Source: a virus. From it: a stretch of DNA of 64,000 nucleotides. Under the pieces are notes generated by a model that ran no database searches, had not been told where the DNA came from, and worked only from the letters and a program-made list of their open reading frames with translations. Shown piece by piece: positions 8,938 to 19,300 of this stretch (position 1 is the stretch's first letter; each line of letters begins with the position of its first letter). The position numbers and the translations under genes are program-made. Location of the stretch: positions 27,169 through 91,168 of the IMG/VR virus record IMGVR_UViG_3300037418_003060. One strand, written 5' to 3'.

Positions 8938-9447
8938 ATGACAATAGACGTTTCAGCTCGTGCCGAGCGCCTGCACCAAGAACGCGTGTGGCTGCGTCGC
9001 CGCACGCAGGGGGATGAGTTGTTTGAGAAGCTGGGCTGCACTCACGCCACCTATGCCTACGAAGGCCGGCGCTTTGTGGCCTGGACTGTTGTCGACGGCA
9101 AGCCGCGTATCGAGGCCCTGTTCCGCGCCGACGCGATTAAGCTGACCGCTGGCGGCCTGGCGGTGACCTTCGACGTGCAGCGGCCAGGCCACGGCCTCGG
9201 GCGCTTTACTGCCACCGCACAGCCCGAGAAGGTCCCGGGCCTTGACCTGTTCCTTTGGATGCCCGCCTTCGGCGACATCCACTACGTGCCCTTCAAATGG
9301 TCGGATGAGCACTCGCCATGGCGCGTTTCCGTCTCCTTCGTCGCCAAGACCGGCAACCGCCCCGATGTGGGCGCGGTCGAAGGCGGTCGCTATTTCGCGA
9401 CTGCGAAGGAATTTGCCAGCTACTGGCCGGAACACGCCATCGCTTGA
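8938..9447 (+). CDS. Hypothetical protein (169 aa)
   Basis: ORF filling the gap between helicase and primase. Confidence 0.7.
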   Translation: MTIDVSARAERLHQERVWLRRRTQGDELFEKLGCTHATYAYEGRRFVAWTVVDGKPRIEALFRADAIKLTAGGLAVTFDVQRPGHGLGRFTATAQPEKVPGLDLFLWMPAFGDIHYVPFKWSDEHSPWRVSVSFVAKTGNRPDVGAVEGGRYFATAKEFASYWPEHAIA

Positions 9448-9454
9448 GGGCTCC

Positions 9455-12397
9455 ATGCCGAACTACTACTACGTCCAATACAAGGGTGGTGAGGAGACCT
9501 GGGCGCCGATCCCGGCGTCCAAGCGCCGCGAGATCGAAGCGGCCAAGCGTCCTGCCTTCATCACCGCGCTGTCTGTGTCCAAGCTGGTCGAAGACCTGTC
9601 CTACGAGGACAAGCTGCTCCTGACCTACGCCGGCCCCATGTACTTCGACTGGGACATGAAGGGCGACCCGGCCACGGCGCAGACGATCATTATCGAGAAG
9701 GTCAACCAGTTCCTCGACAAGCTCGAGAAGATGGGCGTGAACCTGGCCCAGTGCATGCTGTATGCTACCGGCGGCCGCGGCTACCACCTTGAGATCCCGC
9801 AAGAGGTCTTCATGGACAAGGTGCCGCCCAAGGGTGTGTGTGGCCTGCCTGTCATCTACAAGGAAGTCGCGCTCAAGCTGGCCGTCGACACCCTTGACCT
9901 GACCATTTACTCGGCGCAGCGCGGCCGCATGTGGCGCACGGTGAACGTGCAGCGCGAGAACGGCCGCTACAAGGTGCCCATCACGCCGTCCGAGATGCGC
10001 GCGATGACGCCCGAGCTGTGCGACGCGCTCACCAGCGAGCCGCGCGCGGCGCTGGTGATCCAGAAGCCGGAATACTGCCTGGACCTGGCCATGCTGTACG
10101 CCGAGTGCGCGCAGTCGGTCGACGACATGCTGGCGCGCCGGCGCAAGTCCAAGCCTGACCCGAAGATGCAGGAGAAGGCGCACGCCGAGTCGATCCAGAT
10201 GATGATGGCCGGCTTCGGCATCAAGCCAGGTACCAGCTTCTACGCGCTGGCGCTGCAGATCTCGATCTCGGCCACCACCGCCGGCCTGTCCGAGGACCAG
10301 ATGGTCGAGCAGTGCGCAGGCCTGATCGCCAACCACGAGTCGGACGGCCGCTACAACACGCCGAAGAAGCGCGAGGAGTGGCTGCGCCGCATGTACCACT
10401 ACGTGAACGGCAACCCGTGCTACGAATTCTCGATCCCCGCGATCAAGGTGCTGCTCACGCACGCGGCGCCGGACCTGGACGGCCTGCCAGTCACGCAGGA
10501 AGACATCAAGGAAGAGATCAGGCGTGCAGAGGAAGAGGAGCCGGTCGAGATCGACGAGTTTGCCGACGTGGCGCGCGGCATCAGCCTGGCCAAGCACGGG
10601 ATCTACAAGGACACGGCCGAAGGCAAGGTGCGCATCTGCGCATTGTCGTTCGCCAACCCGTGCGTGCTGAAAAGCTCGACCACCTGCCAGATCGTCGGCT
10701 ATGAGGCTGACATCCTGGTCAACGGCGCCTTCGTCGGGCGCCAGACGCTTGAGACGGACGTGTTCGCCACGCTCACCGCGTTCAACCGCTTCGCCAGTAA
10801 GTACGGTCACGCCTTCCAAGGCCTCGACCCACAAGTCAGGACAGTCATGATGCGCTTCGTCGAAAAAGCGAAAAAGGCGGGCACGACGCGCTACGTCGTC
10901 AACCGCGAAGGGCTCGACCTGGTGTCGATCCCGCACCACGAAAACCCGGCCTTCCACAAACCGTTCCTCGTGTGGGCCGACGGCTACACCGTGATGGTGC
11001 AGCCGGACGTCGCCGCGGCGGGCCTGGAGCTCACCTTCGCCGGCTATCCGGATCCGCGCGGCGTGTTCAAGACCGACATCAGCCGCGCGCCGGCACTGGC
11101 CAGCTGGATCAAGGAAGAAGGCAACAAGGAGCTGCTGAAGAACACCTTGCGCAACCTGTTCACCTGCCAGAAGCCGGATTTCCTGGGCAAGGTGATCGGC
11201 TGGCACGTGGCCTGTTTCTGGAAGCAGCTCTTCATCAAGGCCTACCTGAAATTCCCGCTGCTGCACATCAATGGCGCGGCCGGTCTGGGCAAGACCGAAA
11301 CGGTCCTCAACATCGGCAACCTGTTCTACTACGAGAAGGAGGTGCGGCCGCTCTCGCCCGGGTCGACCACCTTTGCGATGAACCAGCACCTGACCGCCTC
11401 GGCGTCGATCCCGCTGGTGCTGGACGAATACAAGCCGCACGCGATGAAGCAGGACCTGCACGAGCGCATCAAGGGCATGCTGCGCGACGCCTACAACCAG
11501 CGCGATGTGGCGCGCGGCGGCGGCTCGCGCGAGTCGGACGACTACCGCGTGCTGCACGAGACGCAGCTGTCGGCGCCGCTCGTGTTTATCGCCGAGGCGG
11601 CCGAGGACGAGGCGGCGGTGATGGAGCGCGTGGTGCTGGCCACGATCACACGCCCCTCGCAGATGCAGGGCCTGCAGTGGCTGGCACGCTACCAGGCCTA
11701 CCACCGCCACAAGCATCTGCTGGGCATCCTGGGCCAGTACCTGGCCGCCTCGATCGTCAACGAGACGACGATCGAATCCTTCACCACCGAGTTCGATGAG
11801 CTTTATGAGGTGGCGCGCGCCAAGTACATGCTGACCGAGGCGGACCTGCAGGGTGGCGTGGACGAAGAGACGCTCAAGAACAAGCAGAACGCCAAGGAGC
11901 GCAGCGTGTTCAACCACACGGTGGCCACCTTCGGCTTTCGCAAGCTGCGCCAGCTGGTGCACGCCACGGTCGGCGATGAGCTGGACGAGGTCATGGCCGA
12001 GCTTGAGGAAAAGATCTTCGACCGCATGAGCGACCTGCACGCGGCCACCACGCCGGAATACGTCAAGGTGTTCAGCATGATGAGCGCGATGACCTACTCG
12101 GTGTCGTCTGACCGGCCGGAAGCGCTGGTCAAGGAGAAGGACTACGCCTTCGTGCCGCAAGGTGGCCGCACCTTGCTTGAGCTGTCGATCCGTACGGCCT
12201 ACCTCAAGTACCGTACCTACTGCAAGAACAGTTCGATCACGCCGCTGTACGGCAATGAGATTTCGTTCATGCACGCGGTCAAGGACTCGCCCGCGTTCGT
12301 CAAGCAGGGCAGTGGTCAGGCCTTGCCGGTGCCGGGGGTCTACACCTTCGATTCGGAGGTGCTGGCCGGCCTTGGGGTCGACGTTTTCAAGCACTGA
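9455..12397 (+). CDS. AEP-type primase fused to a P-loop helicase
   Basis: AEP motifs YFDWD and TGGRGYHL; C-terminal Walker A GAAGLGKT and Walker B VLDE; GAGG RBS at 9455. Confidence 0.85.
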   Translation: MPNYYYVQYKGGEETWAPIPASKRREIEAAKRPAFITALSVSKLVEDLSYEDKLLLTYAGPMYFDWDMKGDPATAQTIIIEKVNQFLDKLEKMGVNLAQCMLYATGGRGYHLEIPQEVFMDKVPPKGVCGLPVIYKEVALKLAVDTLDLTIYSAQRGRMWRTVNVQRENGRYKVPITPSEMRAMTPELCDALTSEPRAALVIQKPEYCLDLAMLYAECAQSVDDMLARRRKSKPDPKMQEKAHAESIQMMMAGFGIKPGTSFYALALQISISATTAGLSEDQMVEQCAGLIANHESDGRYNTPKKREEWLRRMYHYVNGNPCYEFSIPAIKVLLTHAAPDLDGLPVTQEDIKEEIRRAEEEEPVEIDEFADVARGISLAKHGIYKDTAEGKVRICALSFANPCVLKSSTTCQIVGYEADILVNGAFVGRQTLETDVFATLTAFNRFASKYGHAFQGLDPQVRTVMMRFVEKAKKAGTTRYVVNREGLDLVSIPHHENPAFHKPFLVWADGYTVMVQPDVAAAGLELTFAGYPDPRGVFKTDISRAPALASWIKEEGNKELLKNTLRNLFTCQKPDFLGKVIGWHVACFWKQLFIKAYLKFPLLHINGAAGLGKTETVLNIGNLFYYEKEVRPLSPGSTTFAMNQHLTASASIPLVLDEYKPHAMKQDLHERIKGMLRDAYNQRDVARGGGSRESDDYRVLHETQLSAPLVFIAEAAEDEAAVMERVVLATITRPSQMQGLQWLARYQAYHRHKHLLGILGQYLAASIVNETTIESFTTEFDELYEVARAKYMLTEADLQGGVDEETLKNKQNAKERSVFNHTVATFGFRKLRQLVHATVGDELDEVMAELEEKIFDRMSDLHAATTPEYVKVFSMMSAMTYSVSSDRPEALVKEKDYAFVPQGGRTLLELSIRTAYLKYRTYCKNSSITPLYGNEISFMHAVKDSPAFVKQGSGQALPVPGVYTFDSEVLAGLGVDVFKH

Positions 12398-12405
12398 AAA
12401 AGTTT

Positions 12406-12434
12406 TTGACAGGAATCAAATTGTTTGATATCTT
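12406..12434 (+). promoter_or_regulatory. sigma70-type promoter
   Basis: TTGACA-N17-TATCTT with extended -10 TG and an A/T-tract UP element. Confidence 0.75.
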
Positions 12435-12520
12435 GGTTTCTGTTCGGAAAGGGTGGTGACCTGCACCTGCTATGCCGGAAAGACCGGCCTAACGGTAACG
12501 TGAACATAAGAGGAAATGAA

Positions 12521-13351
12521 ATGGCACTCGTAAAAAATCAAGAAGCAGCTTCGGGCAAGTCGTTCGAGATGGAGGATTCGGACGTCGGCGGCGACACCGC
12601 GACCGAGACCACCCACACGATGACCGCTGACGAAAAGGTCGCGGCTCAGGTTGCCAAGAACGCGTCGCGCGCTGCCGGTAGTGCTGGCACCGCCACCGGC
12701 ACCCCCGCTGATACGGCCCAACAGGCTTCCACGTCGACTGCTGTCGCAGCGAGCAAGCCGAACGACCTGGTTATCTCCATGACCAAGGCCAACCCGTTCA
12801 CGCCGCTCGAGAACGCGATCCACGTCGACTACAACACGCTGACCCGCATTATGGTCACGAACGGCAACGTGCAGAACAAGGAAACCAAGGCGCTGTACGG
12901 TGACTCGGTCGAGCTGCAGCTGATCTCGTTCCAGAAGCACCATGTCGTGGCACCGGGCGGCGATTCCAAGGACGAAGAGTCGCTGAATTACCTGAAGTTC
13001 TCGGACGACGGCAAGACCGAGCGCGAGACCGGCCGCCCGCTGCAGGAATTCGTCGACGCGGCCATTGCAGCCGGCTACGATCAGGCCCGTATCCAGGAAC
13101 GCGTTATCCTGGTGGGCGAACTGGTCAAGGCTGCCAAGGCGTGCGACATCATCGGCGAGCTGGTGCAGATCGACCTGGCGCCGCGCAGCGTGCGCAACTT
13201 CAACACCTACCAGGTCAACTCGGCCTTCAAGGTGGCCAAGGGCCTGCTGACCTCCGAGCAGGCACGGCGTGTGAAGATCGTGTGCGACGTCCAGACCAAG
13301 GGCAGCAACAACTGGACCGACGCCAAGTTCGAGGTCGGTACCGGCGCCTAA
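12521..13351 (+). CDS. Putative single-stranded DNA-binding protein
   Basis: Has its own promoter, a strong RBS and a terminator; disordered N-terminus and beta-rich core; lies between primase and exonuclease. Function is positional inference. Confidence 0.5.
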   Translation: MALVKNQEAASGKSFEMEDSDVGGDTATETTHTMTADEKVAAQVAKNASRAAGSAGTATGTPADTAQQASTSTAVAASKPNDLVISMTKANPFTPLENAIHVDYNTLTRIMVTNGNVQNKETKALYGDSVELQLISFQKHHVVAPGGDSKDEESLNYLKFSDDGKTERETGRPLQEFVDAAIAAGYDQARIQERVILVGELVKAAKACDIIGELVQIDLAPRSVRNFNTYQVNSAFKVAKGLLTSEQARRVKIVCDVQTKGSNNWTDAKFEVGTGA

Positions 13352-13370
13352 GCACCGTCAACGCAGTACA

Positions 13371-13398
13371 GAGCCGTCCGCCCGGGCGGCTCTTTTTT
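13371..13398 (+). terminator. Rho-independent terminator
   Basis: GAGCCGTCC-GCCC-GGGCGGCTC followed by T6. Confidence 0.85.
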
Positions 13399-13420
13399 CA
13401 CCTCACGAAAAGTTCAAACT

Positions 13421-14128
13421 ATGGAAACCCAAGAGTTTGTGCCGGAACACAGATACTTCATCGGCGACACCGAGACGACTGGCCTGAAAAACAAGGCTGC
13501 GTGCGAGGTGGCGCTCGTGCAGATCGACCCGGTCAACCTGAGCGTGATCCGCACCTTCAGTACCCTGATCGACCCGCAGCAGCCGATCGAGGACGGCGCC
13601 ATGGCCATCCACGGCATCACCAACGAGATGGTGGCGACCGCGCCGACGATGACCGAATTCGTCGAGCACCCCCGCTATCTGTGCGGTGGCATCCCGGGCG
13701 AGATCACGCTCATCTGCCACAACGTGGCGTTCGACCTGCCGCTGCTCGAGCCGATCGGCCACATCACCCGCACCGTCTGCACGCTGGAAGAGTCGCGAGC
13801 GATCCGGCACCTGCTGCCGGGCCTTGCCAACAACAAGCTGCAGACCTTGCGCGAGTACTTCGGTATCGAGCGCAACAATGCCCACCGCGCGCTGGACGAC
13901 TGCATGGTGACGCTGCAGGTGCTCAAGGAGATCCTGCGCATCACCGGCCGCACGCTGGACAGCCTGGCCGACGCCAAGGTGCGCACGATCCACCACATGC
14001 CGTGGGGCGAGCACGTCGGCAAGCCGCTGTTCGAAGTGCCATCGTCGTACCTGCGCTGGATGCTGACCCGCGACATCAATAAGAACCTGCGCACCAGTGT
14101 CGAGAAGACGCTGGCGATGCGCGGATAA
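13421..14128 (+). CDS. DEDDh 3'-5' exonuclease (DnaQ/ExoX-like)
   Basis: DTETTG, HNVAFD, AHRALDD; C-terminal MPWGEHVG...YLRW domain as in ExoX. Confidence 0.93.
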   Translation: METQEFVPEHRYFIGDTETTGLKNKAACEVALVQIDPVNLSVIRTFSTLIDPQQPIEDGAMAIHGITNEMVATAPTMTEFVEHPRYLCGGIPGEITLICHNVAFDLPLLEPIGHITRTVCTLEESRAIRHLLPGLANNKLQTLREYFGIERNNAHRALDDCMVTLQVLKEILRITGRTLDSLADAKVRTIHHMPWGEHVGKPLFEVPSSYLRWMLTRDINKNLRTSVEKTLAMRG

Positions 14129-14142
14129 CCGAGGAGAGACCT

Positions 14143-14769
14143 GTGAAATTTGACATCACCACTTACCAGGCGCTCGCGCTGCGCACCGAGAAACTGCTGC
14201 CCACGCCGGTTGACCGGCTGGAGCACGCCGCGCTGGGGCTGTTCACCGAGGGTGGCGAGATCGCCACCGAGATCAAGCGCATCGGCATCTATGGCAAGAC
14301 GCTCGACGACCTGGACAAAGATAAGAAATACACGGTCCGACAGCACGTCGCTGAAGAAGTGGCCGACGTGGCCTGGTATATGGCGATTGCCGCCGACGTG
14401 GTTGGCATCGACTTCTTCCGTTACAACCTGCCGCGCATCGAGCCGCTGCGCCGCGATGACGTGAGCGAGCAGGCGCGCCTGAAACGTGCAACTTTTTCGC
14501 TGGGCTCCGAAATCGGGCGATTCATCGACTATGTGGAGATTGTGCGCCGACAACGTGGTGTGGGCCCAGGTATAGCCGGCAACCTGCAGATGGCGTTGTC
14601 CTGCATCGGCCAGGAACTGGTCAACATCTGCGACGCGGCCGACATCGACCTGGCCGCTGCGCTGGGCGCCAACATCGTCAAGCTGCAGGAGCGCTATCCG
14701 GAAAAGTACTCCGACGAAGCAGCCGAAGCGCGCGCTGACAAGGGCGGCCTGGACGCCCGCCACTCGTGA
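14143..14769 (+). CDS. mazG: MazG-like nucleotide pyrophosphohydrolase
   Basis: GLFTEGGE, EEVADVAWY, and NIVKLQERYP motifs. Confidence 0.88.
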   Translation: MKFDITTYQALALRTEKLLPTPVDRLEHAALGLFTEGGEIATEIKRIGIYGKTLDDLDKDKKYTVRQHVAEEVADVAWYMAIAADVVGIDFFRYNLPRIEPLRRDDVSEQARLKRATFSLGSEIGRFIDYVEIVRRQRGVGPGIAGNLQMALSCIGQELVNICDAADIDLAAALGANIVKLQERYPEKYSDEAAEARADKGGLDARHS

Positions 14770-15800
14770 TCACCGCGGCCGCCCAGGTGCGCCTGCTTGC
14801 CGACGCGGTTGCGACTTCGGTGGCAGCGGCGCCCCTGCTTGATGAGGAGCGCCACCCGCAGCGCATCGCCATCGTCGACCTGCCGTGGGCCTGCCCGCCA
14901 CTGATCACCGACGAGGCGCTCGACGGCGGCCTGCAGGACTTCTTCGACGCGCCGGTACCGGTGACGCCGGAAGACCTGCACCGCTTCTGGGTGACGGCCA
15001 CGCGCCAGCTGTGGCACGAGCCGTCGCGTCTGCTCAAGAACGGCGTGTACGAGGCGCTGGGTGCGGCCATGCCGCGTGCGAAGCTGGGCGTGCGCGCCTT
15101 CCGCTTCTCGGTGCCGGCCGGCGCGCCGGCGCAGGTCGACGAGTCGGCAGCGGTGACACTGGCGCTCGAGGTGGCGCACTGCGCACGCGTGTCGTTTCCG
15201 GTGAGCTACCTTCGCCACGACGACGACAACTACGTCGTCATGGTCAATGGCGGGCGCTTCGGGGTCGAGAACGGTAAGCCGCTGATCCCGACACCCTTCT
15301 CGTTCGACGCGCGCGGCCAGGTCGACACCCTGCTGCGCGCGCCGCGCGGCGAGCTGACCTACGCCTGCCACTACGACCAGATCGCGGCGGTGCGCTCGAT
15401 CCTGTACTCGCACCCGGACAAGTTCAAGCACTGCTTCAACGCGCTCGATCAGGCGCTGCAGGCACTGCGCTACCTGTCGCTGGGAGGCTACTGCCCGGAG
15501 CTGGTGCGCGCCATGGTGGTCAAGCCGGTCGACGTGCAGCGCCAGAAGGACGCGGAGGCGGCGCTGTACGAGGCGATCGACACGATCCGCGACACGCGGC
15601 TCAATGACCGCAGCAAGCTGGCCACCCTGCGCAACCTGCTGGTGCCGGCTGCGATGACGGTCGCGAAATACAAGCAGCTGGTCTTCTCGTCCAGCCGCTT
15701 GCCGTTCACGATGGCGCCGGGCAAGGCGCGCCAGATCGAGGACAACCTGGTGATGCTCTACAAAGCTGAAGTACCCACCGGCCTGCAACGGCCAATCTGA
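14766..15800 (+). CDS. Hypothetical protein (344 aa)
   Basis: Long ORF with strong codon bias, GTGA-coupled to mazG. Confidence 0.75.
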   Translation: MITAAAQVRLLADAVATSVAAAPLLDEERHPQRIAIVDLPWACPPLITDEALDGGLQDFFDAPVPVTPEDLHRFWVTATRQLWHEPSRLLKNGVYEALGAAMPRAKLGVRAFRFSVPAGAPAQVDESAAVTLALEVAHCARVSFPVSYLRHDDDNYVVMVNGGRFGVENGKPLIPTPFSFDARGQVDTLLRAPRGELTYACHYDQIAAVRSILYSHPDKFKHCFNALDQALQALRYLSLGGYCPELVRAMVVKPVDVQRQKDAEAALYEAIDTIRDTRLNDRSKLATLRNLLVPAAMTVAKYKQLVFSSSRLPFTMAPGKARQIEDNLVMLYKAEVPTGLQRPI

Positions 15801-15812
15801 AAGGACAACAAG

Positions 15813-16364
15813 ATGATAATTTTGGGGATTGCCGGGCCCGCAGGCGCTGGCAAAGATACCGTCGCCGACTATCTGGTCGAACACCACCGCTTCGTCAAGC
15901 TGGCATTTGCCGGGCCGCTCAAGGAGATGCTGGCCGCGGCCGGCATGCCGGAACCGGCTGACCGCGAGCAGAAGGAGCAGCTGGTACCAGGCTTCACGTT
16001 CACGTGGCGCCAGGCCGCGCAGCGTCTGGGCACCGAGTGGGGACGTGGCCTGCAGGATGACATTTGGGTGCAGGTCATGCGTCAGCGCATCGAGCGCCTT
16101 CAGTGGCTGCGCTGCAGCGAGAAGGGACGCATCGTGCTCTCCGACGTCCGCTTCGATAACGAGGCAGCGATGATTCGCGAGCTGGGCGGCCGTGTGGTGC
16201 ACCTGCGCGCCCGGGGCGGTCTGGCCGGCGACGCCGCTGGTCACGCTTCCGAGGCCGGCCTGCGGGCTGCAGACACCGACTACAACGTCAACAACGGCTC
16301 CTCGATCGAATACCTGCACGCCCAGATCGAGGCAATCATCGCCATGCTGGAGGACAAACAATGA
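15813..16364 (+). CDS. Deoxynucleoside monophosphate kinase
   Basis: GPAGAGKDT, FAGPLK, QRLGTEWGR, DVRFDNE, HASE. Confidence 0.93.
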   Translation: MIILGIAGPAGAGKDTVADYLVEHHRFVKLAFAGPLKEMLAAAGMPEPADREQKEQLVPGFTFTWRQAAQRLGTEWGRGLQDDIWVQVMRQRIERLQWLRCSEKGRIVLSDVRFDNEAAMIRELGGRVVHLRARGGLAGDAAGHASEAGLRAADTDYNVNNGSSIEYLHAQIEAIIAMLEDKQ

Positions 16365-19300
16365 CGCGCGTCGCGTACGATATGAGCTCGTTCATGCAAA
16401 CCGCCCTGCGAGGCGGCAAGGACGACGAAAACGGTTACGAAGTCGAGCACGAAGGCAAGAAGGTCTGGATCAACAGCCACTATCACGGCTACGACAAGTG
16501 CATCGACTACATGCTCGACGTGCTCAAGGAGTTCGGCTGCAAGCCGATGAACGCGATCCTCGTGTTCGAAGGGATGAACCAGAAGGCGCGGCGCCAGATG
16601 ATCGATCCGTCGTACAAGGGCAACCGCGGCAAGAGTCCGCAGGCCTACTACGACGAGATGGGTACGCTCAAGGTGCGCCTGCTGCAGGCGTGGCGCGACG
16701 TCGGCGCCATCGCGGTCGAGCAGGACATCGCCGAGGGCGACGACACGCTCGCCTGGCTTGCCCAGAACAGCGAAGAGGATCTGGTCGTGGCCACCTACGA
16801 CAACGACCTGGCGGCGCTCTGCGGCACCAACGCCTACGGCGCCAAGATCACGACGTGGATCGGTGACGTGAAGGGCGGCCAGGGCCTCATCGACGTGAAC
16901 AAGTTCGGCGCGTTCGACTACCACCTGATCCCGACCTACAAGGCGCTGGTGGGCGACTCATCCGACAACATCAAGGGCATCCTGGGCTTCGGCCCCAAGG
17001 CGTTCGAAGAGTTCTGCAGCAAGTACGGCTACGATGGCCTGGCCGAGCTGCAGGCCATGCTGCTGGCCGGCCGGCTTCACCCGGACCTGGAAGCGATGGA
17101 CTGCAAGGTCGTCAAGAAGATCGTCGAGAACCAGAAGGACATGTTCCGCTGCTTCGAGCTTGCGCGCCTGCGCCCCGAGTGGGTCGACACGATGAAGAAC
17201 CCGCTGCGCTGGATGCCGGGCAAGATCCGGCCGGTGCAGCAGGGCGACGATCCGCGCCTGAAGCCGTTCCTGGGCCGCATCAAGCTGATCACGGCCGACA
17301 ACTTCGAGCAGGCAGTCGAATGGGCGCGGCCGCACATCGAGGCGTCTGTCGAGGTGGCGTTGGACATCGAGGGCTCGGACGCGGACGAATCGGACGACTG
17401 GCTGGAGGCGCAGCGCAGCAAGGGCAAGGCGCCGGGCGTGGACACGTTCGGCTCGACCTTGACCGGGCTGGGGCTGACCTTCGGCGACAACACGCAGTAC
17501 ACGTTCTACATCTCGGTCGACCACGCCGACACCAACAACGTGGAGTCGGAAAAGGTACGCCAGTTCATCGCGTCGATCCCGCGCCACATCCCGATCGTCA
17601 TCCAGAACACGATGTACGAGCTGCCGGTCCTGTTCAACGAGTGGGGCGCCGAGCAGATGACCAACGGCTGCCACGGCTTCCTGCCCAACGTGCTCGATTC
17701 GCTGTTCGAAGGCAGCTACGTGAACGAGAACATGGAGCTCGGCCTGAAGGAGCGTTCCAGGTTCTACCTGGGCTACACGCAGGAGACCTACGACGAGGTC
17801 ACGACCCTGACAGACAAGCCGGAAGACCTGCCGCGCGGCGGCAAGCTGCTGCGCACGAACTACCTGACCGAGACGTACGAGACCGGCAAGATGGTCGAGG
17901 ACACCAGTGTCGGCGTGATCAACGAAGACGGCTCGATCCCGATGATCCCGGAAGTGAAGACGCGCGTGGTCGAGCGCGAGACCGGCGAATTCGAGACCGA
18001 TTACAAGGGCGACCTGGTGCTGAAGAAGGGCAAGCCGGTGCCGATCAAGGAGCCGGTCGTCGACACCGTCACCCGCCAGTACAAGATGCGCGAGCTGTCG
18101 GCGCGCCACGTGCTCGGCTACGGCGCCGACGATACGATCTGCACGATCGCGCTGCACAACTTCTACAAGCTGCACATGCAGCTGGAGCACCACTGGCAGG
18201 TGTACCTGGACGTGGAGATCGGCGCGGCCTACCAGCACGCCAAGAACTTCGTCGACGGCGTTCCGATGTCGCAGGAAGAGCTCAACCGCCAGATCGCCGA
18301 GGACGACAAGATCTTCGCCGGCGCCTGGTCCACGCTGCGCGCCTACCTGATGAAGAAGGGCTGGGCCGGCACCGAGCCGCCGGTGTACACCCGCGACATC
18401 ACCGTCGCCCAGGTCAAGGAAGCCTACCAGATCGTCACCGGCGAGCCGCTGGACACAGCGATTCGCACGATGAGCAAACTGGTGACGTTCATCCGCGAGG
18501 TGAAGGACCAGCCAATCCTGGCCGCACTGCTTGAGCGGATGACGGCGCCTCTGGAACCCGACAGCGAGATCACTGCCGAGGAGGCTGCCAAGGCTGGTGA
18601 GGGCGAGGACATCATCCGCATGCGCGAGAAGGCCTTCACCGACTACGTGCGCAGCAAGTTCAGCGGCGAGCCTGAGTTCAACGACGGCAGCACGCCGCAG
18701 ATGTGCCGCCTGCTGTACGAGGTGATGGAACTGCCGATCCGCGTGCGCAACAAGCCGACCGACATCATGCGCGCCAAGGGCATCAACGAGGGCAACCCGA
18801 AGGCCGATGCGCTGGCGATCGCCTATGCCCTGCGCGACGCCGAGGGCGACGACGAGAAGGTCGAGGTGCTCAAAGCCCTGCAGCTGATGTCGATGGTGGG
18901 CACGCGCCGCAGCCTGTACTACGAGAAGTACCCGCACTTCCCGCACTGGAAGGACGGCAAGATCCACTCGCAGCATAAGCAGTGTTCGACCAACACGCGC
19001 CGCGGCGCGTCGGCCAAACCGAACTTGCAGCAGCTGCCCAAGCACCCGAAGATGGAGGGCTACGCGGCCGCGTTCCGCCGCGTCATCGTGCCGCACAAGC
19101 CGGGCGCCGTGGTGGTCTCGATCGACTTCGATGCACAGGAACTGCGCATCATCGCCGAGCGCTCGCAGGACCCGACCGCGCTGTCGATGTTCGTGGGCGA
19201 CAAGCTGACCAAACCGCACGCGCTGACTGGTCTCGGTATCGCGATGAAGCTGAAGCCTGAAATCCTCTGGACGTATGACATGTTCATGCAGATCCACAAG

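Noticed and set aside
12470-12500. c-di-GMP-I riboswitch (CCGGCCTAA..GGTA resemblance)
   Set aside because: The conserved GCAAA elements and P1/P2 layout are missing.
17795-18670. Intein or intron in the polymerase
   Set aside because: The frame is continuous, with no intein terminal motifs or homing-endonuclease signatures.
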